Positions 8,004 to 17,948 of a stretch of 59,173 nucleotides of DNA are shown piece by piece. Source of the stretch: an uncultured Gammaproteobacteria bacterium. Lineage in GTDB: Bacteria; Patescibacteriota; Patescibacteriia; Magasanikbacterales; GWA2-37-8. The stretch's first letter is position 1; the number at the start of each line of letters is the position of its first letter. A model generated the notes under the pieces. That model was not told the DNA's origin, did not search any database, and saw only the letters and a program-made list of their open reading frames with translations. The position numbers were made by a program, and so were the translations under genes. The stretch lies in NCBI GenBank assembly GCA_964482695.1, contig CAYZYP010000005.1, positions 1 through 59,173 of the forward strand. Direction: 5' to 3'.

Positions 8004-8576
8004 CTAGATTACCGCCAATTTCCTTAACTTTTTCCTCAAATTCGCGTAATCGGGCACTGTTTGGCCGACTAATCGCCAAAATCGCCCCGAATGATTCATC
8101 TCTTTTAAATGACACAGCTCATGAGTAATAATATATTCAGCTAAAGGCAATGGTAAAAAGAATATTTTGTAATTAAAATTCAAATTGCCTTTTCTAGAAC
8201 AGCTTCCCCAGCGTGTTTTTTGCTTTCTAATACTTATTCTGTTGTATTTAAACCCATAATTTTTGTTTATTTCTTCTAATTTTTGGTAAACAAAAATACG
8301 GGCTTTTTCTTTAAATTTTTTGTAACTCCCGCCAGCTACTAATGGCGTACTCTCTTTTTGCCGCCGAGCAAAACGCGCCAAACTTTTTTCTACCCAATTT
8401 CTCTTTTCTAATAAAAATTTCTCCGCTCTACCAATAGAAAAAAATAATGGCACGGTTACCACTACTTTTAAATCACGCTTCACTGTTATTCTTAAATTCC
8501 GCGCGCGATGACTGCGTTTAAAAATAATTTTAATATTATTCTTTCTTAATAGTAAACAAACAACGTTTTTGATCAT
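8004..8576 (-). CDS. YgjP/DUF45 metallopeptidase
   Basis: QKTRWGSCS, YIITHELCHLKEMNHS..FW; start uncertain. Confidence 0.85.
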   Translation of the reverse strand: MIKNVVCLLLRKNNIKIIFKRSHRARNLRITVKRDLKVVVTVPLFFSIGRAEKFLLEKRNWVEKSLARFARRQKESTPLVAGGSYKKFKEKARIFVYQKLEEINKNYGFKYNRISIRKQKTRWGSCSRKGNLNFNYKIFFLPLPLAEYIITHELCHLKEMNHSGRFWRLVGQTVPDYANLRKKLRKLAVI

Positions 8577-9243
8577 ACGAACCAGTATTTATACGTCTAA
8601 CAGCTATACCCTGATCATCATTTATATCTTCAATTAAACCGCCATCTCTTTCTATGTCTTCCAATGTTGAACATAAAATAATAGAGGTCTTTCTTTTTTC
8701 CTCGGATATTTCTTGACGCAATCCTCTAGTGGTTTCATAAAAATCATTGGTCCAATAATACTCTGGCTTTGGCTCGTCTATTGGTTGAGTCACGCGAAAA
8801 TACAAAACATATTTTGGGTCAACACCTGTCTCGCGCACTTTATCTAATAAAATCTGCCTGCCTTCCTCTGCTCGTCTTACCCGGCCATCATGATGTGAAC
8901 TCTCTGGCAAAGAAATTTCTTCCCCAAAAATACCCGCATTACCATCGTATTTTAAATTAAAAAATGCCGAGCAATTCTCTAAATATAGGGCCAGTGCTTC
9001 CGGACTTTTTAAATTGTCCGGTAAACACTTAACAAAATCGGTATCCGTAAAAATTTCCAAAGCCATTGGATGTATTTTTTCTGGATGTTTGCAGGCAGCT
9101 ATTATCTCTTTTGGATTTAAAGAAAAATCACGTACTTCTTTACGCAAAGGACCGCCAGGCATTTTGACACCGGTGTCTGCCGGGTTTACCGGCTTTAAAA
9201 CTTGCAATATATCATCTGGAATTTTTGGGTGGTCTCCACTCAT
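8536..9243 (-). CDS. Hypothetical protein
   Basis: 235-aa ORF co-oriented with neighbours; no motif recognised. Confidence 0.55.
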   Translation of the reverse strand: MSGDHPKIPDDILQVLKPVNPADTGVKMPGGPLRKEVRDFSLNPKEIIAACKHPEKIHPMALEIFTDTDFVKCLPDNLKSPEALALYLENCSAFFNLKYDGNAGIFGEEISLPESSHHDGRVRRAEEGRQILLDKVRETGVDPKYVLYFRVTQPIDEPKPEYYWTNDFYETTRGLRQEISEEKRKTSIILCSTLEDIERDGGLIEDINDDQGIAVRRINTGSYDQKRCLFTIKKE

Positions 9244-9253
9244 AATTTATAAT

Positions 9254-9661
9254 TTAACTCATTAAAAATAACAAACCAACAATAAACAACAATACATTAA
9301 TCAAAGCCGACAATAAACAATACAAACAATATTCTTTTATCTTTTTTACTTGGATAAAAACTAAATAAACAGAATACAAAACGCCCATTAAAGTGAAAGA
9401 AAAAATTAAAAAGGGCAAATAGACGATTCGCAGGTTAAAATAAAAAGCTAAAATTAGTAATAATAAGGTGGCGTAATATAGCATGCCCCAAACTTCATTT
9501 TTCACACCCAGCAATTCATTCCACTTACTATTTATCACGGCATTGCAATCGGAATTAAGTGGACAAGACAAGGGTAATTTTGTTTTGTGTTTGTAATACA
9601 AATATCCGGCGTCAATTAGACCTAGAACAACTAAAACGATAAGAATAATTAAAAATACCAT
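9254..9661 (-). CDS. Vitamin K epoxide reductase family protein
   Basis: CPLNSDCNAVINSKW and CLYC motifs, four TM segments. Confidence 0.9.
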   Translation of the reverse strand: MVFLIILIVLVVLGLIDAGYLYYKHKTKLPLSCPLNSDCNAVINSKWNELLGVKNEVWGMLYYATLLLLILAFYFNLRIVYLPFLIFSFTLMGVLYSVYLVFIQVKKIKEYCLYCLLSALINVLLFIVGLLFLMS

Positions 9662-9664
9662 ACA

Positions 9665-10015
9665 CTATTTTTTCTTGTTATTAAGAAATAATAAAGCCAA
9701 GGCGCTAAAAACAATAGGAATATCGCGAAACAATAAATCCATGGCTGTAAAATTAGTTACTATTATAACAAATAATAAAAAAATAACCACTATTACCGCG
9801 TATTTTATTTTGTAATTAGACAACAGCCACAAACCAAGTGAAAATTGAAAAATAGTAAAGACTAACAAAAATAATTTTGCCAAGCTGGCCGGTATAAGCC
9901 AAAGAGGCAAAAAACCAATCCAATTATCCGGAAACAACAACGAACTAACAGCCGCATAGAAAAAAGCAATGGCCAGTCCTAAGCGGATAATAAATGAGGC
10001 AAGTATTGGGTTCAT
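9665..10015 (-). CDS. DoxX-like membrane protein
   Basis: RLGLA..F.YA, FRDI motif, hydrophobic. Confidence 0.7.
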   Translation of the reverse strand: MNPILASFIIRLGLAIAFFYAAVSSLLFPDNWIGFLPLWLIPASLAKLFLLVFTIFQFSLGLWLLSNYKIKYAVIVVIFLLFVIIVTNFTAMDLLFRDIPIVFSALALLFLNNKKK

Positions 10016-10042
10016 AATATTTTAATATATCTTAATATAAAA

Positions 10043-10507
10043 TTACTCTACGATTAATTTCCCCACCATACCCATTTTGCGATGACTGCCAACACTGCAA
10101 TAATATTCATAAATGCCGGCTTTATCGGCTGTAAAAGTAACGCTGGTACTGCCGCCAGTTTGCACTTTTTGAGTAGCGGCCTTAAACTCGTCTACCACCC
10201 AATCATGATACCCATCGGTACTGGAGAAATTGATAGTTACTTTGTCTCCTTTCTTTACCTTGATTTCTGTAACAGAAAAGGCAAAATTTTTGGCAGTTAC
10301 ATTAAATACTTTGGCGTTGGGTTGATTGGTAACAATACTTGTACTAACAGCCACTACCGCACTAGTGGCACTACTAGTAGTACTAGTACTACTAGTAACC
10401 GTGCTAGTGCTAGACTTAACAGTAGTTTCAGCATTATTCGTGTTCGTGCATCCCGCTCCGATTAAAAACAGTAAAGAACCCAAACCAAGAAAAAAATATT
10501 TGACCAT
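10043..10507 (-). CDS. Cupredoxin-domain lipoprotein
   Basis: GAGC lipobox, Ser/Thr linker, H..YYCSVGSH...GM copper ligands. Confidence 0.85.
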   Translation of the reverse strand: MVKYFFLGLGSLLFLIGAGCTNTNNAETTVKSSTSTVTSSTSTTSSATSAVVAVSTSIVTNQPNAKVFNVTAKNFAFSVTEIKVKKGDKVTINFSSTDGYHDWVVDEFKAATQKVQTGGSTSVTFTADKAGIYEYYCSVGSHRKMGMVGKLIVE

Positions 10508-10616
10508 ATGTTTAAAATAATTTAATTAAATCATACCTTACTAGTATGTATTATACACAGAAATAAAAAGTTATCCACTGTGTATGTGGATAACTTTAGC
10601 CTTTTTTAAAAAATTT

Positions 10617-11150
10617 CTACAATACTCCTAACAACCATGGCAATAATAAACTAAGCAAAACGGCATAAATAGCATCAAACCAAATAACCCGTAAAGCATT
10701 GGCTATTTTAAGCAGGCCAGCAAAAATTTTCGAAACAAATAATAAAACACCACCTTGCCTGGCGTCCTTTACCGCCTGTACAAAATTCTGCATATCATCG
10801 TTACTAGGAAAAGCATGCATGCCAATAGAAAAACCGACCCAAATCAAAATGTTAAAAACAAAGCTATATTCTTTTACTTCTAAAATATAAACCGGCAAAA
10901 TTGCTGAAAATGTTAACAAAACACAGAGCGCTGAATTCATCAATAAAGGTCCGATTGAAATTAAAAAAGACTTTCTTAAACCATCAACTGGACCGTGGAC
11001 AACATAACCGGCGGGATTACCCAATCTAAAATAACTAACTTTGTATACTGGGATCTTGACTAAATCGCAAAATAATCTATGGGCGATCTCGTGAACGATC
11101 ACGCCCGGAAATGTTAATATTGAGACCAACCACCCTGGTATAAGTACCAT
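10617..11150 (-). CDS. Membrane zinc metalloprotease-like protein
   Basis: PGVIVHEIAH motif, FPSNDD, TM segments. Confidence 0.7.
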   Translation of the reverse strand: MVLIPGWLVSILTFPGVIVHEIAHRLFCDLVKIPVYKVSYFRLGNPAGYVVHGPVDGLRKSFLISIGPLLMNSALCVLLTFSAILPVYILEVKEYSFVFNILIWVGFSIGMHAFPSNDDMQNFVQAVKDARQGGVLLFVSKIFAGLLKIANALRVIWFDAIYAVLLSLLLPWLLGVL

Positions 11151-11151
11151 A

Positions 11152-11571
11152 TTATTTAGTATTAATTTCTTCAAAATACTCTTGATATTTAGTAGGCATT
11201 ACTTTTATAATTCTTTCCCAATCTTTATCATTAATATCAACGTTATTTAACAACAACATGGCAGAATCATCATCATTTTTATCGCTATTAGCAAAAATCG
11301 TCTCGGCAAATCCAATGCGAGCTGGGTCAGACGACGGCATCGCTTCTAAAACTTTTCTATAATATTCTTCGGCCTTATTATAATCAGCGGCTTTATAGGC
11401 TGTTTTGGCTACTTTCATTTGTTTAGCAGCCATAAAATATTTTGGCAATAAAAATAGTGAATATAAAACAGCTAACAAAACCACGCCTGCAAACAATTTT
11501 ATCCACAAAGGATACTTGTGCGCTGGCAAAGCCTTTGGTTCTGGCAAATTTTGCTCATCCATATTGTTCAA
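11152..11571 (-). CDS. TM-anchored TPR-like protein
   Basis: TM helix then AYKAADYNKAEEYYRKVLEAMP. Confidence 0.6.
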   Translation of the reverse strand: MNNMDEQNLPEPKALPAHKYPLWIKLFAGVVLLAVLYSLFLLPKYFMAAKQMKVAKTAYKAADYNKAEEYYRKVLEAMPSSDPARIGFAETIFANSDKNDDDSAMLLLNNVDINDKDWERIIKVMPTKYQEYFEEINTK

Positions 11572-11664
11572 ATTAATTAAATAACTCAGAATTACAATGA
11601 GTATAAGGTTTTTTCGAGCATTTGTCCATGGAATGAAGAAGACACTCGGCTACCTCCCTCATTC

Positions 11665-12393
11665 CTACCTACCAGCGGGTGGGTCTGTGCGATAAAGAAG
11701 TGAGTGACCATAAAAAATTTTAACAAGAATCGGTAAATCTCCTTTTATTCTTTCTCCTTGATCAATTCTTTCAAACAAAGCTTTTGGCGAAAGCCAGAAA
11801 TATTCGGTAAAGTCGTCTTTGTTGTAATTGGGTGCTTCTTCCATTTTTATTTCATATACATTCATAAAAGCAGAGACGCCATCTTTTTGAGGTGTGAGAT
11901 GACCTAAGAAGCGTACCTGCGCTGTATCAATATCAACATTCAATTCTTCTTGTGTTTCTCGCTTAAGCGTCTGTTCGTAAGTCTCGCCACTTTCTACATG
12001 GCCACCTATGCTCATGTCTAAGCAAAGCGGAAAAATTCTTTTGTTAGCAACTCTCCGCGGTATCCAAATTTCACCTCTTGAATTTACAACAAACGCATTC
12101 ACTACCCGAAAATTAGATAAATGCTCAGCATATACTTCTGATCGCTTTTTCTTACCGATAACGTGGTCGCTCTCATCAACCAAATCAAGATATTCATCTG
12201 TTTGAATGGCGTGCATAACGTTCTTACATTTAAACACAAAGACAATGCCAATAACAACTAACCCAAGACCAATTAGTTGTCCTCCTGGACTGTCGTCAAT
12301 TTCACCGTATATAACAAAAAACACTCCAAGTAATATTGTTAGAATTATAAGGCTCCAATACAAAATTTTATTTTTTATATCAGCGTAATTCAT
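11665..12393 (-). CDS. NUDIX hydrolase (IDI-like) fused to N-terminal two-TM domain
   Basis: GGHVESGETYEQTLKRETQEEL Nudix box. Confidence 0.85.
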   Translation of the reverse strand: MNYADIKNKILYWSLIILTILLGVFFVIYGEIDDSPGGQLIGLGLVVIGIVFVFKCKNVMHAIQTDEYLDLVDESDHVIGKKKRSEVYAEHLSNFRVVNAFVVNSRGEIWIPRRVANKRIFPLCLDMSIGGHVESGETYEQTLKRETQEELNVDIDTAQVRFLGHLTPQKDGVSAFMNVYEIKMEEAPNYNKDDFTEYFWLSPKALFERIDQGERIKGDLPILVKIFYGHSLLYRTDPPAGR

Positions 12394-12460
12394 TTGCTTG
12401 TATTATACCGTAAAAATCACCATTATTAAAGAAACTGATTCGATAATAAAAGTGGACTTT

Positions 12461-12486
12461 GTGTCCACTTTTTGGGGTACAGATCA
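12461..12486 (-). repeat. IS3-family-like terminal inverted repeat remnant, copy 2
   Basis: Identical to 30-55; hairpin AAAAGTGGAC/GTCCACTTTT. Confidence 0.55.
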
Positions 12487-12489
12487 CCA

Positions 12490-12556
12490 GCGGAGTATCG
12501 CGGACGATGTCAGAACTGAAGTCGTCCATTATTTATCCGTCGGATTGCGTAAATAG
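12490..12556 (+). other. Left att junction of element 2 with displaced integrase 3' end
   Basis: From 12491 reads RSIADDVRTEVVHYLSVGLRK*, in frame with the integrase ...LSW-R after circularisation. Confidence 0.7.
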
Positions 12557-12604
12557 TACCATTTTTAGCGGGTTTTTGTCAATTTTAGAAGATTAGAAGA
12601 ATCG

Positions 12605-13465
12605 TTAAAATAGCGTAGCTTGTTTATTTGAATTAATCGGGTCGTCTTTATATAAAATGGAAAAAATTCTTCCATTTTCGTAAAAGCATTCTCCATAACA
12701 TGGCATTTTTTTGCCACTAGCAAAAGGAAAGAAAGTTTTATCTGACAAGGTTTGTTTAGAATCTAAACAAAATTTTATTAAGTGGTCGTTTGGTATAATA
12801 GTATTCTTTTTAAGTAAATATTTAAAATTTTTAGATTTTGACCAAAATTCAATATGGCACTTGGGTGTTATTTTTTCTTCAATTTCAATCAGTTTATTTT
12901 GTTCTTCGTTAGGCGGTTCTTCTATGTCTTCATAAATGCAGGAAAGACAAACGCAATCCACGGGGCTTGAACGAGCAAATTTTATCACAAAAGCTTGAGC
13001 AGAAGCATTATATTTATTTTTTAAAAACTGGAAACTGCTTATTGAAAATCCGTTATTTACAAAATCATCTTTTATAGTACTTGAGGGAATTAAAAATTCG
13101 GCCGCTCCTATGTTGCACAATAACTCTGTGTAGTCATGTGATTGATAGCTTGGTTTATTTAAAAATAACTCCGTTAAATATTTACTTATTTCTTCATTAT
13201 CAGCAATAAGTTTGTGCGTTATTTCGTGAAAAATAGTAAAGGTTTTGCGCGGTTGATATGTTATTTTATTGTTCAAAACAATTATCCCGTTTACAATATC
13301 AAAAAAAGCATCCTGATCCTTCTTAAAGGGGGACGCTTCAGTTATCTTTAGGTCGAGTTTGTCTAATATCTGGTCGCATGTTGGATAATTTGAAAAATTA
13401 TTTTTTAAAAAATTTTGCACCATTTCTTCGACCATGGTATCCAAATGATACTTACTGTTTTCCAT
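12605..13465 (-). CDS. ImmA/IrrE-family metallopeptidase
   Basis: RKTFTIFHEITH, ELLCNIGAAEFLIP. Confidence 0.88.
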   Translation of the reverse strand: MENSKYHLDTMVEEMVQNFLKNNFSNYPTCDQILDKLDLKITEASPFKKDQDAFFDIVNGIIVLNNKITYQPRKTFTIFHEITHKLIADNEEISKYLTELFLNKPSYQSHDYTELLCNIGAAEFLIPSSTIKDDFVNNGFSISSFQFLKNKYNASAQAFVIKFARSSPVDCVCLSCIYEDIEEPPNEEQNKLIEIEEKITPKCHIEFWSKSKNFKYLLKKNTIIPNDHLIKFCLDSKQTLSDKTFFPFASGKKMPCYGECFYENGRIFSILYKDDPINSNKQATLF

Positions 13466-13865
13466 TTAATACATTTTTTAAATATAAAAATAGGTTAGCC
13501 CATTCCTCTTTTGTTTCTGGCTGGCTGCCTCTATATTCTACTTTTTGCAGTGTTTTTATCCACTGCTTACCATTTTCGTCGGCAAAAAAATCTTTAAATT
13601 TTTCGTCCTCAACCAATTCTACCAGACCCTTAGACAGGGTATTTAAGTTTATTTCTTCATCATTGTTTGCACCACTCAAAATTTCTGAAAGTGTTAAATT
13701 ATAGAATTTAGCAATTTTTTCTAGGGTTAAGACAGTAGGCTGTGATATACCACGTTCAATTTCAGATAAATATGGCAAAGAAATACCTGTACCCTCGGAC
13801 AATTTCTTGAGAGTTAAATTTTTTTCTTTTGTTCTTATATTACGCAATTTTTCGCTAATTTTCAT
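13452..13865 (-). CDS. XRE-family HTH repressor
   Basis: LTLKKLSEGTGISLPYLSEIERG..P. Confidence 0.9.
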   Translation of the reverse strand: MKISEKLRNIRTKEKNLTLKKLSEGTGISLPYLSEIERGISQPTVLTLEKIAKFYNLTLSEILSGANNDEEINLNTLSKGLVELVEDEKFKDFFADENGKQWIKTLQKVEYRGSQPETKEEWANLFLYLKNVLNGKQ

Positions 13866-13931
13866 ATGACTTTAGAATACCATTCTTTTGTAGTTTTGTC
13901 AATGGGATAATTTATCCACAGGATTACGCTA

Positions 13932-14052
13932 TTGACATAATTTAGCCTTTGGATTAAAATATCATATGAATTCTGCTTATCGCCCTAAATGTTGTCTGAT
14001 AGCCCTTTAGATAGGCTATGAATGGTCGACAGGACATTTTACCCTAAGCGGA
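13932..14052 (+). promoter_or_regulatory. Promoter plus long hairpin 5' leader
   Basis: TTGACA-N17-TAAAAT; nested stems TTCTGCTTA/TAAGCGGAG, AAATGT/ACATTT, ATAGCC/GGCTAT. Confidence 0.5.
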
Positions 14053-14088
14053 GAGTAATAATAATTTATAATTTAAATTTATATCTCT

Positions 14089-14295
14089 ATGGAAAAATAT
14101 TATGTTAACAAAAACGCCCAAGAAAATGGCGATCATGAGGTTCACAAACCCGGATGTTCCTTTATGCCAGAGCCAGAAAATAAAATGTATTTAGGTGAAC
14201 ACTCGGGTTGCCGAGGGGCAGTTTTAGAAGCTATCAAACATTATTCACAATCAAACGGGTGCTATTATTGTTGTAATGCATGCCATACTCAATAA
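14089..14295 (+). CDS. Small Cys/His-rich conserved hypothetical protein
   Basis: YYVNKNAQ.NGDHEVH..GC...NGCYYCC..CH. Confidence 0.75.
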   Translation: MEKYYVNKNAQENGDHEVHKPGCSFMPEPENKMYLGEHSGCRGAVLEAIKHYSQSNGCYYCCNACHTQ

Positions 14296-14302
14296 TTTTT
14301 TT

Positions 14303-14545
14303 ATGACTTTACCTAAATACACACTACAGTACGATGAAAAAAAAGAAAAATGGGCTCTTGAAAATGACAAAACAGACAGGGTAATCAGAAATTTTAGTAC
14401 AAAGGATGAAGCCACTAAAGGCGGAGTTCTAGAAGATGTACTCGGACAGGCTGGTGGTTCTGTAAAAATTCAAAAACTGAACGGTCGTTTTCAAGAAGAA
14501 AGAACTTATCCAAGAAGTGAAGACCCAAAAAAATCAAAAGGTTAA
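14303..14545 (+). CDS. DUF2188-family protein
   Basis: FSTKDEA, SVKIQKLNGRFQEERTYP..DP..SKG. Confidence 0.8.
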   Translation: MTLPKYTLQYDEKKEKWALENDKTDRVIRNFSTKDEATKGGVLEDVLGQAGGSVKIQKLNGRFQEERTYPRSEDPKKSKG

Positions 14546-14586
14546 ATATTAAGACAAGCATATAAAAGAGCCCCATTGGGGTTCTT

Positions 14587-15423
14587 TTATTTTTTATCCC
14601 CCTTTTTTTTGAAAGTTATAATATTTTGATGTTGGTGATTGATTTTATAGGCGTATGGATATCCAAAAGGATATAGTGGTTTATTATTTTGCAGTAGAAT
14701 TGTTGTGCCAGAAAACTCAAACCCTATATTATTCATAAGTTGAACTATATCACTTTGTACACATACCTCTTTTTTTTCAACTGTAAAATCGCTAATAATA
14801 ATACTTGTGTATCTACCGTCTTTTAATTTTTCATAGACATTTGCCATTATAGAGCCAAATATGTTGAGAAAGCCGTTATAATCTTTTTGATTTCCCAAAT
14901 CATTTTTATCATTAGAATAGTACTCTACACCAATTCTTGATCCACTTCGTTGGTCTTCTTTTTTAGCTCTTAATCCCTGCCCATTATTTTTTAAAATATT
15001 ATGGTATGGTGGCGAGGTTACGCAATAATCAATTTTACCTTTTATTTTTGGAATCTCTTTTAGAGAGTCGCCATTAATTACATTTTGCCCTTTCTTTATC
15101 CCAAATTCGGCCAGTCGGTCCTTTGCTAATTTACAATACTGTTTACTCAAATCAATTCCAACCCCTTTCCTTTTCAGATTATGACAAGCTAGTAGGGTTG
15201 TTCCAACCCCGCTAAATGGATCTAAAACAGTCATCTCTTTTTTTGTAAACATTGATATAAGTTTTTCAATGTCTTTAATCAAAAAAGGTGCTGGATGTTT
15301 GAATGCAAACTTATCTTCTTTACACTTTTCGCTAAGCCAAAAACTTTTTGTTAATTTTAGCCATTCAGTGCCAGTCAAATTATTCAGTTTGTTTCTTTTG
15401 TCATATTTTCCTTTCATAATCAA
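14587..15423 (-). CDS. DNA methyltransferase (N4-C/N6-A class)
   Basis: HPAPF, VLDPFSGVGTT, VTSPPY. Confidence 0.9.
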   Translation of the reverse strand: MIMKGKYDKRNKLNNLTGTEWLKLTKSFWLSEKCKEDKFAFKHPAPFLIKDIEKLISMFTKKEMTVLDPFSGVGTTLLACHNLKRKGVGIDLSKQYCKLAKDRLAEFGIKKGQNVINGDSLKEIPKIKGKIDYCVTSPPYHNILKNNGQGLRAKKEDQRSGSRIGVEYYSNDKNDLGNQKDYNGFLNIFGSIMANVYEKLKDGRYTSIIISDFTVEKKEVCVQSDIVQLMNNIGFEFSGTTILLQNNKPLYPFGYPYAYKINHQHQNIITFKKKGDKK

Positions 15424-17849
15424 AACTTTTTTAGAATCACGTTAATTGTGTCCCCAGTGATATTTCTTGAAGATTTTATATTGTTTATATCATCGTAGAA
15501 TAGATAACCCCAGTTATATTTATTAAAACTATCTATAAACAGAGGATCTTTTATACTCAAAAATTCATTCTTTCTTTTGTTTGGTAAAAGCATTATTTTT
15601 TTGATTCCGACATCAAGATTAGAAGCTCTTTGAATTCCCGAAGTAAAATTAGTCGAATTCTCAACTTCAATAACATATTCGACTTCATTTTTTTTGTTTA
15701 TCCAAACCATATCAATCATTTCAATTCTACTTCTTTTTTCTTTTTCGAATCCCAAAGTATCCAGCTTATTGATATCTGCAAATTCAACTAATTTTTTCCC
15801 ATTATAATTTTCGGGTTGTTCTCTTTTTCCAATATATACTGTAAAATCCATTTTTTTGCCAATTTCGGAAAGGAAAAATAACATTTCTGTATGCTGTGTA
15901 AAATCTTTTTCTGTTTCACCACCTTTATAAACCCACTTACCGCCAGACTTGTTAGCATATTTTTTTAGAATATGATCAACAGATTTTATGTCAGGAGTTA
16001 ATCCATTTGGATATTTAACAAAAATTTCACCCAAAACTTGGTCAAAAGTAACAGATACTTTTCTTCTTAATAAAGATATAATCGTGTCTTCAACTCTGTC
16101 TGTTAATTTTTTATCGGGATATTTAATGTATTCATTTGGATTTTTGAACCACCAATATTTTCCTGCGATATCCTTTGTGTCTGTGATTGTAAAAATATCG
16201 TCCGTATGTTTTGAGAGCATCTGTTCAATATTTTTATCAAAATCCTCTAAATCAAATCCGGCTGATGAAATTTCTGCTAACAAACCATTAAATAAAATTT
16301 GGTACGGCGTTGGCTCATTTCTTAAAGCGATTAAACTAATCGCTTTCTGCACAATGAAGTGTTCAAATTCCTCTTCGTTAGTTTTAAGGTTTGTGATTGG
16401 CTTTTTAATACACCTAATATAAAAATCTGTTGCTGATGTACCATATGGATTGGCTACATTTGATTCTCCGGTTCTTCTATTTTGTTGGTGTATAACTTTT
16501 TCAATTTTGAAACCGGATAGGGATATGGCATTAAGAAATGCATTCCAAATTTTAATATCTTTATTGTGAAAAGTAAAAATTATTTTGCCGTCTGATTTTA
16601 AAACTTTAAAGAGATTTTTTATACCATTCTGAAATTTAATTTTATAAGTATCCAAATCTTGAATATTATTTTTAACTGTAATTTCACTCTCATAGTTTGG
16701 CACAAGTTTAGTGTCATATTTTTTTAACCACACTAACCATATAGTGCTTAAATCTAAATACTGAACCAGACCACCATATGGCGGATCAGTCATTATAAAG
16801 TCAACGGAATCCTCGTCTAAATAATCCGTTATCGTATTTATATCTATAATACCGTATTTTATGTCAAAACTTTTTGTCTTGTTGCTTTTATTACTTTTAT
16901 CAACAAAAAGTATTTTTGGGATTTTGCCTAAATATTTTTTAACATCACATAGCGAACTTGCGACTGATTGTTTACCGAAAAAACTCCCTTCAAATACTAA
17001 AAGAGGGTTCATTTCCATTTGTCTGTTGGCACATATATATGCTGATCGTCCCCAACTGGTTGAGTAACTCCTATTAGCACCGGCTCTACGAGGGACGCTC
17101 ATTTTTGTACATAAATGAATTGATTTTATAAAGCCAAGCATAAGCTGTTTTTTGACTTCACTATCCTCAACTAATTGGATTTTATTGAAAATTTTAGAAA
17201 TTATATATAAATTTCTTTTTGTCCACAAATTATAAAAATGATTACCACCTATGCACTCAATAAAATTCGCAGAAAAAGATGGTGAATGATAAAACTCATC
17301 TTGTGGATACCAATCACTAATCGTAATTTTATTTATTCTTTTAACTCTCTCTATTTCTTCTTCGTTTGGTTTTTCTAAGTATCTAGTTATTTTGCCTTTT
17401 TTACAATTATGACACTCTATTCCAATTTCATATATAATTTTACTTTCCCATTTTACATTTTGAATTACAGCCTCGCGTGATCCGCATTTCCGACATTTTG
17501 TGTGAAACAATTTAACATATCCGTCATCTATTTTTATTTCATTAAAAATTTTATCTACAGCACTTTTTAGTTTTTCTTTGTCAAATTCAGTACAAAATAC
17601 TTCAATCAAAAAAGAGGTTAGGGGGTTTAAGTCGAAAGCAATAGCTTTTCTTCCTGCCTTAACTGCTTCAAAAGCACTCGTAGCACTACCGGCAAACGGA
17701 TCTAAAAAGATTCCATTTTCCGGAGTGTAATTTTTTATGTATTCCCTCCAAATATTATGTGGTTTTTTACCCCAATACTTCATCGCAGTATATAGCGGTG
17801 GTCTCGTTTCTTCTACTAACGCAAAATTTATATCTTCAATTTTTTCCAT
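15420..17849 (-). CDS. Large DNA methyltransferase with zinc ribbon and putative C-terminal PD-(D/E)xK-like nuclease
   Basis: KYWGKKP, FLDPFAGS, CxxC..CxxC, TDPPY; C-terminal IDMVW...IEVENST. Confidence 0.8.
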   Translation of the reverse strand: MEKIEDINFALVEETRPPLYTAMKYWGKKPHNIWREYIKNYTPENGIFLDPFAGSATSAFEAVKAGRKAIAFDLNPLTSFLIEVFCTEFDKEKLKSAVDKIFNEIKIDDGYVKLFHTKCRKCGSREAVIQNVKWESKIIYEIGIECHNCKKGKITRYLEKPNEEEIERVKRINKITISDWYPQDEFYHSPSFSANFIECIGGNHFYNLWTKRNLYIISKIFNKIQLVEDSEVKKQLMLGFIKSIHLCTKMSVPRRAGANRSYSTSWGRSAYICANRQMEMNPLLVFEGSFFGKQSVASSLCDVKKYLGKIPKILFVDKSNKSNKTKSFDIKYGIIDINTITDYLDEDSVDFIMTDPPYGGLVQYLDLSTIWLVWLKKYDTKLVPNYESEITVKNNIQDLDTYKIKFQNGIKNLFKVLKSDGKIIFTFHNKDIKIWNAFLNAISLSGFKIEKVIHQQNRRTGESNVANPYGTSATDFYIRCIKKPITNLKTNEEEFEHFIVQKAISLIALRNEPTPYQILFNGLLAEISSAGFDLEDFDKNIEQMLSKHTDDIFTITDTKDIAGKYWWFKNPNEYIKYPDKKLTDRVEDTIISLLRRKVSVTFDQVLGEIFVKYPNGLTPDIKSVDHILKKYANKSGGKWVYKGGETEKDFTQHTEMLFFLSEIGKKMDFTVYIGKREQPENYNGKKLVEFADINKLDTLGFEKEKRSRIEMIDMVWINKKNEVEYVIEVENSTNFTSGIQRASNLDVGIKKIMLLPNKRKNEFLSIKDPLFIDSFNKYNWGYLFYDDINNIKSSRNITGDTINVILKKF

Positions 17850-17948
17850 ATAATGATAGTATTTATCGTATAGTCATTATTATACAGTATTTTTGATATT
17901 TAAGATAGTATTTGCTATTCGGTTTAACTTCGGCTATAATTATACCAT

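Noticed and set aside
11681-11705. ACCAGCGG and GGGTCTGTGCGATAA as another att site or IS end
   Set aside because: Match too short, and no partner repeat or transposase was found
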